From NCBI GenBank assembly GCA_051003195.1, contig JBPCLP010000021.1, positions 250,016-314,015 on the forward strand: a stretch of DNA of 64,000 bases. Direction: 5' to 3'. The position numbers and the translations under genes are program-made. The notes under the pieces were generated by a model. That model had not been told where the DNA came from and made no database searches. It saw only the letters and a program-made list of their open reading frames with translations. Position 1 is the stretch's first letter; every line of letters starts with the position of its first letter. Positions 56,213 to 64,000 of this stretch are shown piece by piece. Source of the stretch: Candidatus Sumerlaeaceae bacterium (lineage in GTDB: Bacteria; Sumerlaeota; Sumerlaeia; Sumerlaeales; Sumerlaeaceae).

Positions 56213-57649
56213 ATGAAACGTCGATTCCGCCGCCACTCACGCACCCCCGCGCAAGACGCAGCCGCACGCGAACATGCCGGCGTTGCACGCTTTCCCTTTA
56301 ACCTTTTATGGATCATATTCGGTGTCGTGGTGCTCGGCACGGTCATTTTCTATGATCGGCGGCAAATCCAGCAGGCGCGGGAGCACATTGAGCACGCCCA
56401 ATATTTCCAGCAGCATGGTGTCTATCCGGAAGCGCTTAAAGAATACCAACGGGCTTATAAGAACAAGCGGCTTGGCCGCAGGCACAAGGGCGAGGTGGCG
56501 CTCGCGATTGGCGACATCTACTTCGACCAGTTCGAGAACTATGATATGGCCCGCACTTATTTCGAACGGGCAAAGCTGGACAATCCCAAGCTGTTCCAGA
56601 CCGGAAATACGCAGGAGCGCCTCAAGGCAGCCGCACAAAAAGCCGTCGGCTCCGGACAGACTACCTCGGATTCCGCGGGGAGCACCATCACCGTTGTTCA
56701 GCGCGTTGAGCTGCTGAATCCACCACAGGAAGATCTACGCGGCCCCGTCCTTGCCAGGTTTAAAGGTGGAGAAATTCTCGCCGGCGAGTTGTTGCGCTGG
56801 ATGAAGGATCGCACCGAGTTTACCGATCCGCAGCTGCGCGATGATCCCCGGCGTCTACAGCAGTTGCTGAATCTATACATGGATCGCGTACTGCGTTACC
56901 AGGCAGCCATCGAGGCTGGTGTTCAACGGGACCCCGATATTAGTGCCCGGCTTTACGATTACCAGCGCACGTTGATTTCCGAGCGCCATGCCGTGCAAAC
57001 GCGCCAGCAGTCGAAAGTCGTGACAACCGCGCAAGTGCAGAATTACTATGAGCACCACCGCGATAACTACGTGCAACCCGGCAACGCAACAATTGCCATG
57101 ATCAAATCGAAAACCGCCGGCGAAGCACAGGACGCGTTGGAGCAGCTGCGCAAAGGCATTCCCCTTGCCGACGTCGCAACGAGCTTTTCCATCGATGAGG
57201 AATCGGTCAAGCGGCGGGGTGTTACCGGGGTAATCAGTGAAAATGATACGTCCATTCCTGGCGTTGGCGAAGCCCCGGAGATTGTAAAACAGCTGGTCAA
57301 ATTGCGCGCCAACAGCGTGACCGGGGTGATTCCCGCCAACGGCTCGTTCTTTATTTTTCAGGTAGTTCGAGGCACTCCTGGCCGCGTGACGACTCTGGAT
57401 GAGGCGCGGGCTGAAATTGAGATGAAATTACGCGGAACCGCGCTCGACAGCGCAAGCACCGGGCTCGCCGCTGCGTTGAAAGAGAAATATAGTCCTGAAA
57501 TCCTGCAGGACGGGGTGCACAAGTTCTGGCAGTTCGCTGCAGGGTCCTCCGGAAATCGCAACGAAAAGACCACGAGCAGCACGTTGCCCCTCGAACGTCA
57601 GACTACCGAGAGCACCGCTCAGATGCAGGGAGCTCTACGGAGTACGTGA
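56213..57649 (+). CDS. Membrane-anchored TPR plus PrsA/parvulin-like foldase
   Basis: TM, two TPRs, VT..QVQNYYE.H..Y, A..AL..L.KG..ADVA..FS.D..S..RG..G, TLDEAR.EI. Confidence 0.75.
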   Translation: MKRRFRRHSRTPAQDAAAREHAGVARFPFNLLWIIFGVVVLGTVIFYDRRQIQQAREHIEHAQYFQQHGVYPEALKEYQRAYKNKRLGRRHKGEVALAIGDIYFDQFENYDMARTYFERAKLDNPKLFQTGNTQERLKAAAQKAVGSGQTTSDSAGSTITVVQRVELLNPPQEDLRGPVLARFKGGEILAGELLRWMKDRTEFTDPQLRDDPRRLQQLLNLYMDRVLRYQAAIEAGVQRDPDISARLYDYQRTLISERHAVQTRQQSKVVTTAQVQNYYEHHRDNYVQPGNATIAMIKSKTAGEAQDALEQLRKGIPLADVATSFSIDEESVKRRGVTGVISENDTSIPGVGEAPEIVKQLVKLRANSVTGVIPANGSFFIFQVVRGTPGRVTTLDEARAEIEMKLRGTALDSASTGLAAALKEKYSPEILQDGVHKFWQFAAGSSGNRNEKTTSSTLPLERQTTESTAQMQGALRST

Positions 57650-58794
57650 GAATGGCGTCCGGTCGTATTACAGTACACACAATCGCATTACTGCTGGCGG
57701 GATTGCTCTCCTCACATCCGGGCTCTTCAGCGGCCGCGGATAAGTATCCCGTTGTCAGTGCCACGTTGCAGCCCACCAGTGCCACGGTCGGCCAACAGTT
57801 GAAACTCTCGCTCACGATCGTCGTGCCGGAGTTGACCCGCGTTTCCATCAAAGCGCCGTTTGTCGACGCCAGGGACACAACCTGGACCATTATTGGAAAA
57901 CCGCTCGTCACAGACGAGCAATTTGGCGGCAATGAGTGGCGTCGCCGTGCGGAATACACCCTTGCGACATTCGAAACCGGCGACATCCCGGCGCCAGCCA
58001 TCGAAGTAACCTATCAGCCTCCGGGCGGGGGCGAGGCCGTCACCCGTGCCACACCCGAGATGGTTGTTCACGTTCACAGCCTCTTACCCGCCAATGGCAC
58101 GCAGGTGGGCCTTCGTGACATAAAGGCGCCTGTTGCGCTCCCCCTTCCACGATGGATCATTTGGGCGGGGGCCACGGTCATCCTGATGGTGGCGGGGCTG
58201 GTCGGGTGGTTCCTCTGGAAACGCATGCGCGCGCGCGTCGGTGCAATGCTGCGGCCGGTTGTACCGTTTGATGAATGGGCGCTGTCTGAAATTGCGCGAG
58301 CAGAGAGTGATCGACTTATCGAGCAGAAAAAGATGAAGGAACTCTATACTCGCCTGACCGATGTCATCCGCCAGTATTACGGCAACTTGCATCAGGTTCA
58401 TGCACTTGATATGACGACGGGCGAGCTGCTGTTTCACCTGCAGGATCTGGAATATGAGCAGCCGACGCGCTATGTGCCGGCCTTCCGTGAGGCACGTACA
58501 CGAACTGAGGATCTTCTCGCGGAAGCCGACCTCGTGAAATTTGCGAAGCTTATTCCTGACCAGGCAAAATGCCGTCAGGCCATAGACACGGCGCGCGAAA
58601 TTGTCCGGCTGACGCGTTACAAGCTGGAGCCTGTGCAGCCGGACGAACAAAACAATGCGGTGGGACACCCCCCTCCGCCGCCGCCTCCCCCGCCGATAAT
58701 ACCTGCGCCGCCGGTTTCCCGGCCCCACGAATATACGACGCAAACATTCCACCATCCGGTGGCACGCGATACTGCACCGAGTCGCGTAGAATGA
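57646..58794 (+). CDS. Bat-operon-associated protein (N-terminal Ig-like domain, TM, helical domain, polyproline tail)
   Basis: ATVGQ, LRDIKAP, TM, YTRLTDVIRQY, AL.MTT.E, ADLVKFAK. Confidence 0.8.
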   Translation: MRMASGRITVHTIALLLAGLLSSHPGSSAAADKYPVVSATLQPTSATVGQQLKLSLTIVVPELTRVSIKAPFVDARDTTWTIIGKPLVTDEQFGGNEWRRRAEYTLATFETGDIPAPAIEVTYQPPGGGEAVTRATPEMVVHVHSLLPANGTQVGLRDIKAPVALPLPRWIIWAGATVILMVAGLVGWFLWKRMRARVGAMLRPVVPFDEWALSEIARAESDRLIEQKKMKELYTRLTDVIRQYYGNLHQVHALDMTTGELLFHLQDLEYEQPTRYVPAFREARTRTEDLLAEADLVKFAKLIPDQAKCRQAIDTAREIVRLTRYKLEPVQPDEQNNAVGHPPPPPPPPPIIPAPPVSRPHEYTTQTFHHPVARDTAPSRVE

Positions 58795-59807
58795 TTACGC
58801 CTCTCGAGTTGACCGGCGGGGGTGCTGGCACATTTCGTTTTGCATGGCCATGGGCGCTGCTTGCACTGGCGCTGCTACCGCCGTTGTTTTTGTGGATGCG
58901 CCGTCGTGAGCGCAAGCGTCTGCCTACGCTCCGTTTTCCCGGAATTCCCCAGCTTAAGCGTGCCATGCGAGGACAGAGCATCCGCTGGCGCGGCGTACTC
59001 GATGCAATGCGGCTGGTTATCATCGCGCTTCTAATCATCGCAAGTGCTCGCCCGCAATATGGACGAATCGAGCGGCAGACCTACAGCGAGGGAATTGATA
59101 TCGGGCTGGTGCTGGACGTCTCCCTTTCCATGCGAACGGATGACTTCCAGCCGAACCGCCTCGAAGCCGCAAAAGAAGTCGTTAAGCAGTTTATTGATGA
59201 TCGCCAGGGCGACCGCCTCTCGCTTACGATTTTTGGTTCGGAAGCCGTTAACCTGGTGCCGCTTACGTTGGATTATGGAGTGGTGCGGTCTTTTATCGAG
59301 CGAGTGCGCTTCAATATCGTCGACGGCAATACCACTGCCATCGGGATGGGCCTCGCCACGGCTCTCACGAAATTGCGCAACAGCAAAGCAAAGAGCAAAG
59401 TTATTATCCTTTTGACCGATGGTGAGAACAACGCGGGCAAGATCGATCCGCTTAAGGCGGCCGAAGCGGCGAAAGCGGTTGGTGTACGCGTTTATACAAT
59501 CGGCGTCGGCAGTGACACACCGCAGATGAACCCTTTCGGGTTTCGCATGCCAATGCAGTCCGCCGGCATTGACGAACCAACACTCAAGCAGATGGCAGGA
59601 CTAACGGGCGGCCTGTATTTCCGCGCGACCGACAACGCCAAGTTGCATGAGATCTATAAGCAGATCGACAAACTCGAGAAGTCGCGTGTCGAGTCCACAC
59701 AGTTCGATAATTTCAATGATCTGGTCTACCTGTTTGCCCTGCCCGCGCTGCTGCTGCTGATGCTGGAAATCATCCTTCGCGCAACGAGGTTTTTAACTGT
59801 CCCATGA
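58791..59807 (+). CDS. batA: BatA-like VWA protein
   Basis: FAWPWALL, ARPQ, GIDI.LVLDVSLSM...DF.PNRLEAAK, PLTLD, TAIG.GL, LLTDGENN, YTIGVG. Confidence 0.92.
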   Translation: MITPLELTGGGAGTFRFAWPWALLALALLPPLFLWMRRRERKRLPTLRFPGIPQLKRAMRGQSIRWRGVLDAMRLVIIALLIIASARPQYGRIERQTYSEGIDIGLVLDVSLSMRTDDFQPNRLEAAKEVVKQFIDDRQGDRLSLTIFGSEAVNLVPLTLDYGVVRSFIERVRFNIVDGNTTAIGMGLATALTKLRNSKAKSKVIILLTDGENNAGKIDPLKAAEAAKAVGVRVYTIGVGSDTPQMNPFGFRMPMQSAGIDEPTLKQMAGLTGGLYFRATDNAKLHEIYKQIDKLEKSRVESTQFDNFNDLVYLFALPALLLLMLEIILRATRFLTVP

Positions 59808-61942
59808 GATTTGGAAATCCACAGATGTTATGGGTGCTGGTTGGCGTTCCGGTGCTTGCGGCTCTTATCTTCTGGAGCCAGTCGCGGCGACGCCAGGCAC
59901 TTGCGCGTTTCGCCGGGCCTGCCAGTCTCGCTCGTATGGGAATCAGCTTGCCCGGCTGGCGAGCGTGGGTCCGCCCCGCGTTATCGTTGCTGGCGGTGAG
60001 CGGCATTATCCTGGCCACGGCACGACCGCAGTGGGGATGGGAAGACCGCCGCATTGTCAGCCGCGGTGTCGATCTGATGATCGCGATCGACACTTCAAAC
60101 AGCATGTTGGCCCAGGACTACAAACCGAACCGCCTCGCCCGTGCGAAAGAATTGCTGCAGAACATCATCTGGGAAGCAAAGGGCGACAGGATTGGCGTGA
60201 TGGCGTTCGCCGGCAATACAGTCGTACTGTGTCCGCTCACATTGGACTACTCAATGGCGAACACGGCCCTCGAATCTGTTGATGAAAAAACGATCGCAAC
60301 ACAAGGCACTGCCATTGGTCTGGCGATCGATGCCGCCATCAAGGCTTTTGAAGCGGGTGGTGCAGGAGAGCGCGTACTTGTATTGCTGACGGATGGAGAA
60401 GACCAGGGGACCGAACCGCTTGAGGCCGCCAAACGCGCCGCAGCCGCAAAGATTAAAATCTTCTGCATCGGCATTGGAAGCACACAGGGGACCCTCATAC
60501 CCGTCCAGGGTGGCTACAAGCAGGACAAAGAAGGTCATCCTGTGAATTCGAAGCTCGATTTTCAGACTCTAAGTGAAATTGCACGGCACACGAACGGACG
60601 CGCGATGAAGTCCAACTTCAGCGGTGCGGCTGAAGTCAGCAGCCTTCTCGCCGAGTTGAATCACCTGAAGGGCGCCAACCAGCAGGACAGGATTTACCGC
60701 GTCTACAAGGAGCGATACGCATGGTTCCTGGTACCTGCGATTATTCTGCTGCTGCTCGAAGCTTTCGGTGTCGGCGGCCCGCGCAGGCGCCAGCCAGCCA
60801 ATCGCGGCCGCATCCGTTCGCAGTTTGCCTCCGGACGTTCTGCAACCATTCTTGCTTTCGCACTGCTCTTTCTTATGTCCGTGCCGACGCATCTCTATGC
60901 CTATCCGGGTGAAGCAAAAGTCCTTTCCGATCGCGCACTGCGCGAATACAAAGAGGGCAATTATGCAAAGGCGGCGCAGGTTTTCGCCGAGGCCGCAACC
61001 AAAGCTGGGGACAACGCGCTTACAAAGTTCAATCTTGGCGCGGCAAGTTATAAGGCAGGCGATTCTACCAAAGCAGCGGATGCGTTCAAATCGGTTTTCG
61101 ATCCGGAGAACCCCGCAATAAACGCCGCTGCCGAATACAATACGGGCGTGCTCGAGCACAAGGACTCCCGGCGTGAGATCGAAGCGAAAAAGCCCGAGTG
61201 GGAAAAAGCAGCCGGGCAGGGCGATGAAAAGGTGATGGAGGACATCAAGAAAACCATCGCGAAGCTCGAAACCGCATCGAACCGCTATAAGTCAGCCATC
61301 ATGAAAGTGCCGAACGACCAGGACATGAAGGTGAATTACGAAATAGCGAGACGGGACCTTGAAGAAGCCAGGAAGCTGCTGGAGAAACAGCAGCCTCCGG
61401 AGCAGCAGCAGGGGCAGCAACAAAAGCAGCAACCTGACAAACAGGACCAGAAACCGCCGCCGCCTCAGCAGAGCAATCAAGAGGCGCAGGACCAGCAGGG
61501 AAACAAAGGCGAACAGCAGAAAAAGGACGAGAAGCAGCAACAACAAAACGAGCAGAAACAGGACCAGCAAAAGAAGCAGCCGGAAAACGAGCAGGCAAAA
61601 AAAGACCAGCAGAACAAGGACCAGCAGCAGCCTGAGAAGCCTGAGCAGGACCAGCAGCAGGAAGGCAAAGACGGAAAACAACCGAAGCCTGAAACCGCAA
61701 AGGCGACTCCCACGCCGCAGCCGGGCAAGAACAAGGACGGAAATGTGCCGGGTGGGTTTGCTGGAGACAACACCGATAATGAAAGCGGAGAGCCAAAGGA
61801 AGAGCTGGTTGCGATTGGCGAGATGAGCAAATCCGACGTCGATCGCCTACTGAATTCGCTGCCACCCGAGAACAACAAAGCGCTGCAGAAGTTTCTCAAC
61901 TCGAACTACAAAATGCGCGAGAACATGGACAAAGACTGGTGA
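59804..61942 (+). CDS. BatB-BatC fusion (VWA, TM, TPR, Q/K/E-rich tail)
   Basis: ARPQWG, IDTSNSMLAQD..PNRL..AK, LLTDGED; then TPRs, Q-rich linker, terminal KDW. Confidence 0.88.
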   Translation: MRFGNPQMLWVLVGVPVLAALIFWSQSRRRQALARFAGPASLARMGISLPGWRAWVRPALSLLAVSGIILATARPQWGWEDRRIVSRGVDLMIAIDTSNSMLAQDYKPNRLARAKELLQNIIWEAKGDRIGVMAFAGNTVVLCPLTLDYSMANTALESVDEKTIATQGTAIGLAIDAAIKAFEAGGAGERVLVLLTDGEDQGTEPLEAAKRAAAAKIKIFCIGIGSTQGTLIPVQGGYKQDKEGHPVNSKLDFQTLSEIARHTNGRAMKSNFSGAAEVSSLLAELNHLKGANQQDRIYRVYKERYAWFLVPAIILLLLEAFGVGGPRRRQPANRGRIRSQFASGRSATILAFALLFLMSVPTHLYAYPGEAKVLSDRALREYKEGNYAKAAQVFAEAATKAGDNALTKFNLGAASYKAGDSTKAADAFKSVFDPENPAINAAAEYNTGVLEHKDSRREIEAKKPEWEKAAGQGDEKVMEDIKKTIAKLETASNRYKSAIMKVPNDQDMKVNYEIARRDLEEARKLLEKQQPPEQQQGQQQKQQPDKQDQKPPPPQQSNQEAQDQQGNKGEQQKKDEKQQQQNEQKQDQQKKQPENEQAKKDQQNKDQQQPEKPEQDQQQEGKDGKQPKPETAKATPTPQPGKNKDGNVPGGFAGDNTDNESGEPKEELVAIGEMSKSDVDRLLNSLPPENNKALQKFLNSNYKMRENMDKDW

Positions 61943-63957
61943 TGAGTTCCGCTACCCTGTTGAAGTTCTGCATTCGCTGTCGCCATGCGCGGGGGCTGCC
62001 TGTCATCCTCGCGTCGGTATGGTTCCTCGCTTTACCCGGTTTACTGGCAGCGCAGTTCCAGATTAACGCAAAACTGGAACCCGATTCCACGGTGGTGGGT
62101 GGAACGGTTGTGTATGTCGTCACCGTTCAAACGACGACCGGTGGGACTATTCCCGCGCCGAAGCTGCCGGAATTTGACCCGGCATGGGGTCTCTCGACAC
62201 CGTCCCAGGTTGGCACATTCCAATCGAACTCCAGTATCAGCATTGGGCCAAACGGAAGTACGATGACTCGGATTGTCATTTTTCGATATGCTTTCACTGG
62301 ATCAAAGGAAGGGACTTTCAATTTCGGTCCGACGACGCTTCAGGCAGGAACACAGGTTTTTCAGAGCAACCCTGTCACACTGAAGGTCACCAAAATGCCC
62401 GCCGCGGCCAATGTTCCATCCGAGTTGCAAAACCTTGTGGCGCCGCCGCGCATCGATTCGGATCCTGCACTGGCGCAAAAACTTACGGGCGCTGTGTTCG
62501 TTCTACCCGTTGTTAATAATCCAAACCCGTTTAATGGCGAACAGACCCGCGTCGCCTTTCATCTCTGCATCGATGCACAGGCGATCAACAGCGCAGGACT
62601 TACGGGCGACATGCAGGTCGTGGATATTAAGCCTCCGGCAATGAAAGAGTTCATCCGCGAAGACATCTACCAGCTTTCGCAAAAGATCTCCTTCCTCGAA
62701 CAGGTGATCGGCGGACGCACCTACCAGGTTGCGCCACTTGCAGACATTGCAATCAGCTCCACGAAAACAGGGAAGGTCGAAATCGATCCTTACCAGGTAA
62801 ACGTATTATTTGGGCGCGCTCGGCGCAGCCGTGGCGGCCCATTTGATGACGACCTGTTTGGAAGTAATCCGTTCTTTTCTGGGATGGACCCGGCATTTCT
62901 GGGCGCCTCGAATCGGGTAGAGGTTATCGCGCAGTCGCGGCCGGTTGAAATTAACGTGAAGCCGCTGCCGACCGATGGAAAGCCGGCCGGATTTTCCGGT
63001 GCGGTTGGAGACTTTAAGATTTCAGCCGCGCTGGATCGCGATAAGGCCAAGGCCAACGAGGACGTGCTGAAGCTCACGCTAACGATAGACGGCAAAGGCG
63101 ATGCTACAGCGGTCAAACCTCCGCCGCTTGGCAATCTTGCGAACTTTACGCAGCTCGGCGAGGCGAAAGCAACGACCCAGAGCCGCAAGGAAAACGATGA
63201 GTATCTCACCACCAGGAAAATCGATTTTATGCTGCGACCGACACAGCCGGGCAAGCTGGAGATTCCTCCGATTTCGTTCTCCGTATTCAATCCCAAGTCG
63301 CAGCTGTATGAATCGCTTGAATCAAATCCGGTTCTGGTGGACGTTGCGCCGGGAACCCAGCCGCAAAATGTAATGCAGGCACCTGTCGCTACGGCCCCCG
63401 GAGCAGCGTCGGCACCGGGTAATAATCCGGCGGCTGCCACTGAAACCGACCTTCGATACATCCATTCCGACCGATTCACGATTATCGAACCAGGCGTGCT
63501 GTCGGGCGAAGGGTCGCTTTTTTATGCCGCTCTCGCTTTGCCCCCTGCAATGATGCTGGCTGGTTATTTATTCGGCAGACGAAAACAGGCCGACGGCTCC
63601 GAAACACGAAGCCGGCGCCGCAAACGTGCTGGCGAACTCGCGCGGAAACATCTCAGGCAGGCGGAAAAGCTACTGAATAGCCCCGACCGCAAAGAATTCT
63701 TTGCAGAACTTGCGCGCGGCCTTCGTACCTATTTCGGCAACCGTTTTGGGATCGAATCCGCAGGGCTTACCATCGAACAGATTGTTGGCGAGCTTGAAGC
63801 CGCTGCCGTTCCTCCCGAAGCAATTGAACGAGCAGTCGCGTTGCTTGAGCAGTGCGACGCTGCTCAATATTCGCCGGCACAGCCGGAGCCGGAAGTCGCG
63901 AGGCAGGCGTATAATAACGCGGGTGATATGCTCAACCAGGTTGAGCGCAAAGAATGA
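61939..63957 (+). CDS. batD: BatD-like protein
   Basis: Signal peptide, repeated Ig-like domains, VKPLP..GKP..FSGAVGDF, FSVFNP....Y, D.RYI, TM, helical C-terminus. Confidence 0.88.
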   Translation: MMSSATLLKFCIRCRHARGLPVILASVWFLALPGLLAAQFQINAKLEPDSTVVGGTVVYVVTVQTTTGGTIPAPKLPEFDPAWGLSTPSQVGTFQSNSSISIGPNGSTMTRIVIFRYAFTGSKEGTFNFGPTTLQAGTQVFQSNPVTLKVTKMPAAANVPSELQNLVAPPRIDSDPALAQKLTGAVFVLPVVNNPNPFNGEQTRVAFHLCIDAQAINSAGLTGDMQVVDIKPPAMKEFIREDIYQLSQKISFLEQVIGGRTYQVAPLADIAISSTKTGKVEIDPYQVNVLFGRARRSRGGPFDDDLFGSNPFFSGMDPAFLGASNRVEVIAQSRPVEINVKPLPTDGKPAGFSGAVGDFKISAALDRDKAKANEDVLKLTLTIDGKGDATAVKPPPLGNLANFTQLGEAKATTQSRKENDEYLTTRKIDFMLRPTQPGKLEIPPISFSVFNPKSQLYESLESNPVLVDVAPGTQPQNVMQAPVATAPGAASAPGNNPAAATETDLRYIHSDRFTIIEPGVLSGEGSLFYAALALPPAMMLAGYLFGRRKQADGSETRSRRRKRAGELARKHLRQAEKLLNSPDRKEFFAELARGLRTYFGNRFGIESAGLTIEQIVGELEAAAVPPEAIERAVALLEQCDAAQYSPAQPEPEVARQAYNNAGDMLNQVERKE

Positions 63958-64000
63958 TCCGCTGCTTTCGCTCACTGCTCTTGTTCGCACTGCTTGCGCC
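63954..64000 (+). CDS. Start of next gene (signal peptide; BatE-like by position), truncated by window end
   Basis: ATGA overlap with the batD stop; reads MIRCFRSLLLFALLA. Confidence 0.5.
   Translation, partial: MIRCFRSLLLFALLA

Noticed and set aside
58670..58696. Nine-proline tract
   Set aside because: Mixed codons, ordinary low-complexity tail rather than a phase-variable repeat
61387..61662. CAG-rich low-complexity tract and Leu-rich antisense ORF 61292-61681
   Set aside because: Normal Q-rich BatC linker; the antisense ORF is its mirror

Overview
A gene-dense, GC-rich chromosomal segment from a diderm bacterium (LptD-like barrel, Pal lipoprotein). The gene mix is compatible with a PVC-like or Sumerlaeota-like lineage, but that is only a guess. 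I found no rRNA, tRNA, CRISPR array, transposase or phage genes. Content in order: LptF/G and an unusually Cys-rich LptD-like gene; a response regulator; rnc; a minus-strand envelope run (phosphodiester glycosidase, TPR/CBM-like protein, Wzz-like co-polymerase, second TPR/CBM-like protein, TPR protein); an AddA-like helicase whose nuclease motif looks degenerate; an orphan peptide-binding protein; an isocitrate dehydrogenase; GT4; GH109; a ~270-bp self-structured inverted-repeat element between divergent genes; a DUF2092-TlpA fusion; five tandem oversized GspG-type major pseudopilin genes with sigma70 and sigma54 promoter motifs; a GspK-like protein with a lamin-tail domain; an O-antigen-ligase/O-oligosaccharyltransferase-TPR gene; ispE-spoVG; elbB; LarA-like epimerase with gluconokinase; an aminosugar/GT2/GT-C cluster; pal; a diguanylate cyclase; GHL10; SGNH; degP; and a MoxR-DUF58-Bat operon with two inserted genes. 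The best novelty candidates are the five-pseudopilin/GspK-LTD/O-OTase locus (23.3-32.8 kb), the inverted-repeat element (21.65-21.92 kb) and the TPR-CBM/Wzz module (7.3-12.7 kb). All family calls come from motif recognition by eye; no searches were run.
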